Shown here: in pieces, positions 8,535-15,951 of the stretch | Position numbering within the stretch: the stretch's first letter is position 1 | Layout: every line of letters begins with the position of its first letter | Source of the DNA: Candidatus Saccharimonadota bacterium | GTDB lineage: Bacteria; Patescibacteriota; Saccharimonadia; Saccharimonadales; JACQNP01 | Assembly (NCBI GenBank): GCA_020428005.1 | Contig: JAGQNP010000005.1 | Location: forward strand, 1 to 24,000 | Reading direction: 5' to 3' | DNA: 24,000 nt | The notes under the pieces: model-generated | What the model was told of the DNA's origin: nothing | The model's database searches: none | The model's input: only the letters and a program-made list of their open reading frames with translations | Made by a program: the position numbers and the translations under genes

Positions 8535-9524
8535 TTAAAGGCTAGCAGAACCCAAAGTTGACACTATAACTCCTAGTAACAGGAAAAAAATAAAAGGTAA
8601 CAAAGCTACTATCATTATGGCTAGAGACAAATTATTTTGAACGTTATTAATTGAACCGAAAGATTTTGATGCAACTTGTGTCAATATCCTTTCTTGCTCA
8701 TTAAGAGTTGGCTTATATCTTATGGTTTTTTGTTTATGCTTTATCTCATCGGCAACTTTATCAACAGAATAAAGTACCCTTTTTATATCTTCAGCATTTC
8801 TTTTATCAGCATGAATAATAAAGAAAAGATTGTTGTCTATAATCTCAATGTCATGTTCCATGCTTACTTCTAAAACATCACTCATGACATCAGGCGTAAT
8901 TACACTAAGCGCATCAATATGTTCACCTTTTTTGTAATACAATCCAAAGTGCTTAGGAAACTCACCCTCTAATTTAACACTTTGATCTGCATCGCCTCTT
9001 CTTGATAGTGCGTAGCAATGTTTACTATCCAATATTAAATGCGGAAATGGCTTAACCAAATCTACTCTGGCAATAGTATAATAATGAACTGTTCTGCTTT
9101 TTCCGCTACCGGTTGTAAACTCATACAGGAATAGATCACACTCATGTCCTTCAAATTCCGCATGAACAACTGGACTCATTTTTGGGTCTTTACCAACACC
9201 GTAAATACCTGGTGGTACATAGCGCGGATCGGTTGCCATAGGGTGGAAAACTGGCCAGTCATTTGAATGAGCAAATTCTGACCAAAGGTTATTCTTCTTT
9301 TTTGAAAGAATACTTGCAAATCTTGCGTAAAAAAATGCCATCAGAAAAAATCCAGCCATTGGATATAAGAAAAAAACGCCTACAACCAGGAATAAGACAA
9401 CTGTGCCACTTATGTATGGATTAATAAAACTGCCTATACCTAGCGTTTCTTTTAGAGCCTGAGAACTAATATCCTTTACTCCGAATAGGACACTGTAATT
9501 TATATCTTTTAGTTGCTTGTTCAT
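8535..9524 (-). CDS. Membrane protein of unknown function (2 N-terminal TM, soluble core, C-terminal TM); resembles the DUF3137-type family
   Basis: 329-aa ORF. The layout and strings (SNDW..., FEGHECDLFLYEFTTGSGKSRTVHYYTIARVDL..PFPHLIL, VKLEGEFPKHFGLY....ALSVITPDVM) recall a widespread uncharacterised bacterial family. The family name is from memory only. Confidence 0.65.
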   Translation of the reverse strand: MNKQLKDINYSVLFGVKDISSQALKETLGIGSFINPYISGTVVLFLVVGVFFLYPMAGFFLMAFFYARFASILSKKKNNLWSEFAHSNDWPVFHPMATDPRYVPPGIYGVGKDPKMSPVVHAEFEGHECDLFLYEFTTGSGKSRTVHYYTIARVDLVKPFPHLILDSKHCYALSRRGDADQSVKLEGEFPKHFGLYYKKGEHIDALSVITPDVMSDVLEVSMEHDIEIIDNNLFFIIHADKRNAEDIKRVLYSVDKVADEIKHKQKTIRYKPTLNEQERILTQVASKSFGSINNVQNNLSLAIMIVALLPFIFFLLLGVIVSTLGSASL

Positions 9525-10318
9525 GATGATTTATTATTTAGATGGTTCAGTGTTAATTCTGTTCTTCTTTTGGCATATGTACAATAGTCGCAATCGCCAC
9601 CCATTGCAGCCTTGCCTACTTTTGGCATATCGTCACTATCCATACATGACTTCATTTCTAGTAATGTGTTATCGACCCATTTATCTGATCCAACATGGGG
9701 GAATACGTGAGTAGTAAACTGCACTGTGTCATTGAATTCAGCTGCGTTAATATCACCGGTTGCGTAGACAAAATAACCTGTGTCACTTACTTTAAAACCA
9801 TTTTGACGAAGTAACCATTGATAAATTTCCATCTGCCTACGATAGCTATCGTGCCATGTGCCTTCAGCACCTAGAGATTTAACTGGCTCAGCCTTGGCAG
9901 TTGCTTTATAGTCGACGACTATTAGTTTTTCATCTTCATCAATCCAAACGTCATCAACTGCACCAAATATATATAAGTTTGTTTTCGCGTGTACAGTTGA
10001 GACACCTGTAAAATTGTGACGCCATTTATCCATATTTTCGTGTGCAAACGGCTTGGCGTTGATATTGAATTTCTCCTGCAATGGATGTTTAGTGCCAGCC
10101 TCTCTATGTGTGTCAAATTCTTTTTTAAATAGCTCATCGATAGCTTTATTTATGTTAAACGGTGGTCCGTCAGGACGCTTTATCTTGATCCGTACGTCTA
10201 GCCAAAAACATCGAGGACACTGCATGAAAAGCTCAATCTTGCTACGACTAAGTTTGTATGGTGCGTTTTGACCGGGCTCGTACGGTTTATTACGAGTAGT
10301 CCAATAACTCTGTGACAT
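9521..10318 (-). CDS. PD-(D/E)XK nuclease superfamily protein, Cas4/RecB-like with putative Fe-S cysteines
   Basis: 265-aa ORF. N-terminal LSRSKIELFMQCPRCFW, core GAVDDVWIDEDEKLIVVDYKAT (D...D/E-x-K), QMEIYQWLL (QxxxY), and C-terminal Cys cluster SCM...GGDCDYCTY. It overlaps the downstream gene as ATGA. Confidence 0.8.
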   Translation of the reverse strand: MSQSYWTTRNKPYEPGQNAPYKLSRSKIELFMQCPRCFWLDVRIKIKRPDGPPFNINKAIDELFKKEFDTHREAGTKHPLQEKFNINAKPFAHENMDKWRHNFTGVSTVHAKTNLYIFGAVDDVWIDEDEKLIVVDYKATAKAEPVKSLGAEGTWHDSYRRQMEIYQWLLRQNGFKVSDTGYFVYATGDINAAEFNDTVQFTTHVFPHVGSDKWVDNTLLEMKSCMDSDDMPKVGKAAMGGDCDYCTYAKRRTELTLNHLNNKSS

Positions 10319-10324
10319 TAAAGA

Positions 10325-11011
10325 TTATTGTAACAGTTTAGTCGCTACGGCGACACATGCGGTTTCTGCTCGTAATGTGAAATCGTGTAAATTTATATGC
10401 TCTATACTGTTTGACTCAAAAATTTTACGCTCATTATCTGACCATCCACCTTCTGGGCCTACCAATACTGCAACTCTGCCTAGACTTGTATCTATGCTTT
10501 CAGAGGCCTGTTCACATACAAAAAGTGGTATCTTTTTATAAAATTCTGTAATGGCTGTTTTTATGTTTATTGGCTCGCGTACATTTGGTATATCGCTACG
10601 CCCACATTGCTCGGAAGCTTCAATAATAATTTTTTGTGCCCTTTCAATATTAAATCCAGTTTTTTCTGAACGATCCGCCAATATTGGAACAAAGTGACTA
10701 ACTCCGAGTTCGGTGCACTTTTGTAATACCCAATCGTTTTTGTCTTTCTTTAGGAGTGACCATAACAGATATATTTCTTTAGCGGGAATTTGTCTTTTGA
10801 GTTCCGTGGTCATAGCTAAATGTGCTTCGGTTGTAGATAGTTCTTTAATTTCGTACAGTCTATCTTCACCAATTCCGTCAAAAAGAATTACTTTTTGTCC
10901 GGGTCTGAACCTTAACACTTTGTTCCATTGATTGAGTATTTCATTGTTGTGTAGCCAGAAATTACTAGTCAATTCAACATTGTCACTCACGTAGAATCTA
11001 TGAAGCTTCAT
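10325..11011 (-). CDS. rsmE: 16S rRNA (uracil1498-N3)-methyltransferase RsmE
   Basis: 228-aa ORF starting with the MKLHRFYV N-terminus. LLKKDKNDWVLQKCTELGVSHFVPILADRS and VLVGPEGGWSDNE are characteristic of the RsmE SPOUT family. Confidence 0.9.
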   Translation of the reverse strand: MKLHRFYVSDNVELTSNFWLHNNEILNQWNKVLRFRPGQKVILFDGIGEDRLYEIKELSTTEAHLAMTTELKRQIPAKEIYLLWSLLKKDKNDWVLQKCTELGVSHFVPILADRSEKTGFNIERAQKIIIEASEQCGRSDIPNVREPINIKTAITEFYKKIPLFVCEQASESIDTSLGRVAVLVGPEGGWSDNERKIFESNSIEHINLHDFTLRAETACVAVATKLLQ

Positions 11012-11020
11012 TACTAAAAC

Positions 11021-11815
11021 CTAGTTTGAAATTGTTGATTTCTTGTAAATTTTAACTGTATCCACGGTCACATTATTACTGTTGTAGTTAAGGGTTGATT
11101 CCTTAGAATACACGTCAATTTCATCTCCCACACTTAGATCATCAAGGCTAATTTCTTCACAATTGTTTGATAATATTTTGGCATCTTTTGCTTTGTAGGT
11201 GTATCTGTAGTCTTTGCCTGACGTGTAAGAGTATCCAACAGTTATAGTCCCAGATTCACTGTCAATTTCCTTAATAGATCTAGAAACAATGCTACTCTTA
11301 TAGTTGTCATTACATGCTTTAAACTTGTATAAATATTCGGTCTTGAGTTGATATGGTTCATAAACAATACAGCTATATCCTTCGTCATGTTTTTGGAAAC
11401 TCTTGTCACCGTCAACGAATTTAGTATTTACCGATTGGGCAGAATCTAGATTTATTCCTCCACCTCCTAATAGTGGGTCATCAGGCTGGACAGTATACTT
11501 TGGTTGATAGCCGTCACTTTTTGTCTTGAAATCGGCACATAGCATATATTTTGAATCAGATATCTTATTGTATTCAACACCCTTAGTTTCGGTGATTTTA
11601 GCGTCTAATGGCGTATCTGGTAGTTTTTTGTTCTTATTTATGTATGAGTCAATCTTTGCTTTCTGGTCACGAATAGCGGTTTCTAGTTTCGCATCATGTT
11701 TACGGTTAGCGTTGCCGAAAAGATTAAGAAACACTATCGCTATAACGACCACTGATATGCCAAGCAGAAGTGCATAATTATCGCGCATTCGGGGATCAAT
11801 ATTGATTTTAGGCAT
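11021..11815 (-). CDS. N-terminally anchored extracytoplasmic protein of unknown function, with a pilin-like proximal segment
   Basis: 264-aa ORF with one N-terminal TM (YALLLGISVVVIAIVFLNLF). The next segment, RDQKAKIDSYINKNKKLPDT...YNKISDSKYMLCADF, resembles the alpha-beta head start of type IV pilin-like proteins. No G/FTLIE prepilin cleavage motif is present. The C-terminal half is beta-rich and contains 4 Cys. Confidence 0.65.
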   Translation of the reverse strand: MPKINIDPRMRDNYALLLGISVVVIAIVFLNLFGNANRKHDAKLETAIRDQKAKIDSYINKNKKLPDTPLDAKITETKGVEYNKISDSKYMLCADFKTKSDGYQPKYTVQPDDPLLGGGGINLDSAQSVNTKFVDGDKSFQKHDEGYSCIVYEPYQLKTEYLYKFKACNDNYKSSIVSRSIKEIDSESGTITVGYSYTSGKDYRYTYKAKDAKILSNNCEEISLDDLSVGDEIDVYSKESTLNYNSNNVTVDTVKIYKKSTISN

Positions 11816-11820
11816 AAAAT

Positions 11821-12519
11821 CTAATCTCCCTTTTTACGATCATCTCGCCAAAGATATATGAATATTCCACCAGCAATAATAATCGTGACTAGCATATGAA
11901 GAAAATATTGAGCAGTGTCCTCTGATGATCCATCTGGCGTAATCAGTGAATAAACAAACCAGATTATGTAGCCAATTCCAACAATAAAGGTGACGAGCTC
12001 GGTGAATTGGACCCATTTCCTTCTAGATGGATCCTTTCTGAGTGTCGGGTCATCAATTTCAGCCTTCTTAAGCCTAATAAACATGTATGCAAATATGGGA
12101 AAACAAACCAGCAATATTGTAACGAGAAAAGCACTGAAGTTATCTGTGCCACCATATGAATAACCCGATGAGGTCTTTGCAAACATATCATATATTGCCT
12201 TGTGAGCTAAGGCTCCAACCGCGAAGGCTGAGGCTAACAAACTTATAAACATAATTGCGTACTCAAAACCACGAATACTCAAGTTTGCTACAACCGCCAC
12301 TGGTCGATCATGTTGCATAGAATCGCTATGTTTCTCAACTAGTTGATTTGATTCCTTTTTGTTTGAATTTTTAGGTGGAGGTGGCGCTATTAGATCATCC
12401 AGCGCTTCATCAATCTCTTCATTACTCCATCCTGCTCCACTCAATTTTACGCGAATCTGGTCTTCTGAAAGACCCTTTTTCTTAGCTTTTTCTAAAAATT
12501 CGTCTAAATCACCTGACAC
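11821..12519 (-). CDS. Membrane protein with an N-terminal helical KKGLS..QI...L...GWS.EEI..AL module and a 4-TM DUF5671-like domain
   Basis: 232-aa ORF with a soluble N-terminal module, a PPPP linker and four TM helices. The RRKWVQFTELVTFIVGIGYIIWFVY segment is typical of DUF5671-type proteins (from memory). Confidence 0.7.
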   Translation of the reverse strand: MSGDLDEFLEKAKKKGLSEDQIRVKLSGAGWSNEEIDEALDDLIAPPPPKNSNKKESNQLVEKHSDSMQHDRPVAVVANLSIRGFEYAIMFISLLASAFAVGALAHKAIYDMFAKTSSGYSYGGTDNFSAFLVTILLVCFPIFAYMFIRLKKAEIDDPTLRKDPSRRKWVQFTELVTFIVGIGYIIWFVYSLITPDGSSEDTAQYFLHMLVTIIIAGGIFIYLWRDDRKKGD

Positions 12520-12564
12520 AAGTACCCCCTTTTTAGATAGAATACCACAACTCCAAAACGACCA

Positions 12565-13488
12565 CTATTTAGTCATTAAGCCTATGATAAGAATAGACGC
12601 AAAAGCTAATCTAGTCAGCAAGCTATAAAGTGCATATTTTTGCTCTACGACATTGTAATCTTTGAGCTTGCCTAAGCCTTTCATACTCTCAAGTTGATGC
12701 TTTCCGATGAAGCTTGCAGCTACAATAAGAACTACATAAATAGCATACACAAACCAAGCAGTTCTTAGTTCACCAAATATATATGTTGAAATTGCATACA
12801 TTGCGATTAATAACCATGGTAGCAGTCCTGTGACCATGCTTAGATAATATTTTGCAGTTGCTGGTTTTCCATCTTGCGCTGTCCTCTTTTCAGCCATCCA
12901 ACCGAGAACCATTGTTACCAACATTAATCCACCGACTAACTTAAGTGTTCCTAGATCCAAAACACCGCTCAAAATTGCAGCTGTTTCAACCATTATCATC
13001 GAAGCAATAGCCATATCTAGCCAACGCAATGGTAATACTTTGTTCTTCAATCCATCAGCGTGATAGCTCTTAAGCTTTGTTAGATAAAGAGCTGGAATGA
13101 TAATCGATGTAATAGCTAGTGCCATTACAATCCACTTGACCTGAATATCAAGCAAGCCTTGAGTTGCAGGAGCAAACTGAGTACCATTTACACTTGCCAA
13201 ATCATCCTTTGCCCAATAACCTACACTTAATTGATAGCTCGTGCTATTCATGAGCATATAGGCAGCACCGATCACAGCAATATAAGCAGCAATGCTTAAC
13301 GCATATATTTTTTGAAGCATAGTCATTTGACTATTATTTGATTGTTGTTTTGTTTGCTTTGAACTTGCCTTAGTTGATGTAGCAGAAACTTTTGTGGTTT
13401 TCGTTGATTTCCTAGATGATGTTGCTTTTGATTTTGTGGTCTTTGTCTTAGCCTTGGTTGATTTCTTGGTAGTTGCCATGCCAAACAC
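12565..13488 (-). CDS. Heliorhodopsin-family 7TM protein, apparently lacking the Schiff-base lysine, with a Lys/Ser/Thr-rich N-terminal tail
   Basis: 307-aa ORF with a 54-aa basic tail, then 7 TM and a long TM1-TM2 loop. Ordered matches to remembered heliorhodopsin 48C12 motifs: LRWLDMAIASMIM (FRWVEYSLSSSVM), GWMAEK (GWLQEK), LLPWLL (IVPWIG), FVYAI (FVYGI), KGLGK (KGKGK), EQKYALYSLLTRLAFA (ERAYIVLSLVAKSALA). The start is GTG at 13488 or ATG at 13479. Confidence 0.75.
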   Translation of the reverse strand: MFGMATTKKSTKAKTKTTKSKATSSRKSTKTTKVSATSTKASSKQTKQQSNNSQMTMLQKIYALSIAAYIAVIGAAYMLMNSTSYQLSVGYWAKDDLASVNGTQFAPATQGLLDIQVKWIVMALAITSIIIPALYLTKLKSYHADGLKNKVLPLRWLDMAIASMIMVETAAILSGVLDLGTLKLVGGLMLVTMVLGWMAEKRTAQDGKPATAKYYLSMVTGLLPWLLIAMYAISTYIFGELRTAWFVYAIYVVLIVAASFIGKHQLESMKGLGKLKDYNVVEQKYALYSLLTRLAFASILIIGLMTK

Positions 13489-13535
13489 TATATCATAACC
13501 TGTTATAATCGTTTGCCGTTTTATTGTCTACGTTG

Positions 13536-14063
13536 CTATTTTAGCTTGTTAGCAAATTTTGATTTCAATTTTTGAAGCTTTGGGTTAATTACTAATTGAC
13601 AATACGCCTGCTCTGGATGATTCTGAAAATAATTGTGATGATATGCTTCAGCTTCATAAAATACATCAAGTTTTTTCACTTCTGTAACAATTGGCCTATC
13701 CCATAATCTTTGAGCATCGATTAGCGATTTATCGATAACTCTTTTTTGTGTGTCATCGCTCCATAAAATGACAGACCTATATTCAGAACCGACATCATTG
13801 CCTTGCCTGTCCTTGGTAGTCGGATCATGTATTACCCAAAATATTTCTAGAATGTCAGCTAAATTAATAATAGTTGGATTAAAAGTAACTTCAACAACCT
13901 CAGCGTGGCCAGTATCCTCAGAGTGTAAATTGTCATAGCTTGGGTTTTTCTTTGTGCCTCCTGCATAGCCTGGTAGGACTTTGTCTACACCTCTTACCAA
14001 TTGAAATGTGGCTTCAAGACACCAAAAGCACCCACCACCAATAACAATTGTTTCCATGCCCAT
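13536..14063 (-). CDS. msrA: Peptide methionine (S)-sulfoxide reductase MsrA
   Basis: Contains GGGCFWCLEATF, GYAGG...NPSY, TGHAEVVEVTFNP, HDPTT.DRQGNDVGSEYRS. The start is probably the ATG at 14063 or 14057 (MGMETIVIGGGCFWC). The longest ORF extends to 14120 with a non-conserved extension. Confidence 0.92.
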   Translation of the reverse strand: MGMETIVIGGGCFWCLEATFQLVRGVDKVLPGYAGGTKKNPSYDNLHSEDTGHAEVVEVTFNPTIINLADILEIFWVIHDPTTKDRQGNDVGSEYRSVILWSDDTQKRVIDKSLIDAQRLWDRPIVTEVKKLDVFYEAEAYHHNYFQNHPEQAYCQLVINPKLQKLKSKFANKLK

Positions 14064-14084
14064 ATTGTACGATATTATGTATTT

Positions 14085-14774
14085 GTGAACATTGTTGAAA
14101 TTGTAATCGTATTTTTGCAACTTAGTTTCTTTGGGATCTTTGTAGCGTTCAATCCTATGCTATTAGTTTCAGAGTTATTAATAATTTTGCGATCCAAACG
14201 ACCTTTGTTATTTTCGTTGGTTTTTATCATGGGTGCAAGCATACCTTTGATAGTAATAGCGGCCATTGGCGCAGCTATTTTTAAGGAAGATACTGTAATT
14301 CGGCCATTCGGTTCAGATATTAAACTGTCACCATTTCTAAATGTATTAATTGGGGTCATTCTGTTACTAGTTTCAGTTCGACTATTCTTTAATGGCAAGA
14401 TTTCAACAGCCCACAAAGTGTCCAAAAACTCTGCAAATAATATGTCGATTTGGGCACTATTTTGGTTTGCTTTCTTTCGTTCTGCCTTAAGTTTTACCAG
14501 TATTATTGGAATTGTTGCGGCAGCAAAAGTCATCAAAGATTACACAGACAATTATTTTGTATCACTTCTCGGATTATTTTGGACAATATTAATTGGTATG
14601 CTACCTTTTTGGGGACTACTTGGTTATTCAATCAAGAGGCCAGAGAGTATCAAAGTAATTGAGAATAAAATAGACCCTATTCTAAATATCAACTACAAGA
14701 ATAGTATTCGGTGGGTATTGTTAATTGCAGGGGTATTTTTTATCTTTCGAGGATTGATAAATATATCAAACTAG
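14085..14774 (+). CDS. Polytopic membrane protein, GAP/Sap-like family (function unknown)
   Basis: This is the only plus-strand gene. It has six hydrophobic helices. The pattern FNPMLLVSELLIILRSKRP...GVILLLVSVRLFF...ALFWFAFFRSALSFTSIIGIVAAAKVI...IRWVLLIAGVFFIFRGL resembles GAP family proteins (from memory). The start is uncertain: GTG 14085 keeps TM1 intact, and ATG 14157 is the alternative. The ATG at 14001 would be antisense to the conserved msrA core. Confidence 0.6.
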   Translation: MNIVEIVIVFLQLSFFGIFVAFNPMLLVSELLIILRSKRPLLFSLVFIMGASIPLIVIAAIGAAIFKEDTVIRPFGSDIKLSPFLNVLIGVILLLVSVRLFFNGKISTAHKVSKNSANNMSIWALFWFAFFRSALSFTSIIGIVAAAKVIKDYTDNYFVSLLGLFWTILIGMLPFWGLLGYSIKRPESIKVIENKIDPILNINYKNSIRWVLLIAGVFFIFRGLINISN

Positions 14775-15950
14775 AACTTCTTTAGCATTAGGATAGGAAT
14801 TATATCCGTGTGCCGACATACTGGCACAGTAGGCACCTACTCCACCAATAACTACCAAGTCACCAATTGCTGGTACTGTCAGTTTTCTAACCTGTAAAAC
14901 CTCGGGGTCTCCGGGTACAGGCGTCAATAAATCACCGGATTCACAGTTATGACCCACGACGACATATTCTCCAATTTCATCCATATCACTCAACACGGCA
15001 ATCGGATGTTGGGCTCCATAGAGACTTGGCCTTAAAATATCATTCATACCAGTGTTGAGTTTTATGAACTTATAGCCATCTTTACCTGTATCTACTAAAT
15101 CTTCGACTTTTGCTACTAATAATCCAGCATTAGCGACCAAAAATGTTCCTGGCTCTAGCTCTAGATGTAATTTGCGACCATACGAGTTAGTAAAATCTTG
15201 CAACTCGTCCACCAACATCTTGCCAATGACTTTCATGTCGGCTTCCTTTTCACCATCAACACGTGCAACTTTAAATCCGCCTCCTAAGTTTATAGTGGTT
15301 GCATTCTCGAAATGTTTGAGTAGTTCAAGACTAATTGCAAGTGATTGTTGCCAAACCTGAGGATCGGCTCCTGAACCAATATGAGTATGTAATCTACAGA
15401 TTTTTAAGTTGTGTCTGTCAATCAATTTATATATTTCGTCTATGTATTCGTGCCAAATTCCAAAGCTACTGGTTAAGCCACCTACGTTTGTTTTTGCTGA
15501 ATGTCCTGAACCAACACCGGGATTTATTCGAACACTTATGTTAGAAAACTGTTTTACGCCTCCAAATAATTTACCGTAAGTTTCGAGTTGATGAAGTGAA
15601 GTGGCGTTATATTGAACGCCCTGTTCGACTAGTGACTTTAAATTATCTCGGATTTGCTGTGAAGTTAAAAGTATATCCTCTGGCTGATAGCCAGCTGCGA
15701 TTGCTAGCTCAGCCTCATATCCAGAACTTGCATCAATTTTTATTGTGATTTTCTGTAAAGTCTTGAGTATTTCAGGATACGGATTAGCCTTCATAGCATA
15801 CCTAATTGTGAGTCCAAAGGGTGCTGAGATTGAAAGCATAGCTTGAGCAGATTCAATGATTGTTTTTGAACTATATACAAATAGCGGTGTTCCATAATTA
15901 TTTGCAAGTTGCACTGCAGTTTCTTTATCTAAAAAGTTTGTTTTAAACAT
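14766..15950 (-). CDS. lysA: PLP-dependent group IV decarboxylase, diaminopimelate decarboxylase-like
   Basis: 394-aa ORF with YGTPLFVY, the PLP-lysine motif YAMKANP, HTHIGSG, the GGGF glycine loop, ELEPGTFLV and CESGD. Its 3' end overlaps the convergent plus-strand gene by 9 nt. Confidence 0.8.
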   Translation of the reverse strand: MFKTNFLDKETAVQLANNYGTPLFVYSSKTIIESAQAMLSISAPFGLTIRYAMKANPYPEILKTLQKITIKIDASSGYEAELAIAAGYQPEDILLTSQQIRDNLKSLVEQGVQYNATSLHQLETYGKLFGGVKQFSNISVRINPGVGSGHSAKTNVGGLTSSFGIWHEYIDEIYKLIDRHNLKICRLHTHIGSGADPQVWQQSLAISLELLKHFENATTINLGGGFKVARVDGEKEADMKVIGKMLVDELQDFTNSYGRKLHLELEPGTFLVANAGLLVAKVEDLVDTGKDGYKFIKLNTGMNDILRPSLYGAQHPIAVLSDMDEIGEYVVVGHNCESGDLLTPVPGDPEVLQVRKLTVPAIGDLVVIGGVGAYCASMSAHGYNSYPNAKEVLV

Positions 15951-15951
15951 A

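Noticed and set aside
9521-10318. The Cas4-like nuclease as evidence of a CRISPR-Cas locus
   Set aside because: No direct-repeat array, cas1/cas2 or effector genes occur anywhere in the 24 kb. Stand-alone Cas4-like PD-(D/E)XK proteins are common outside CRISPR loci.
14075-14536. 153-aa minus-strand ORF antisense to the plus-strand membrane gene, and the ATG at 14001 as that gene's start
   Set aside because: The plus-strand frame gives a coherent six-helix membrane protein with family-like motifs, while the minus-strand translation has none. A start at 14001 would read antisense through the conserved GCFWC core of msrA and would add a non-hydrophobic, unconserved 28-aa extension.
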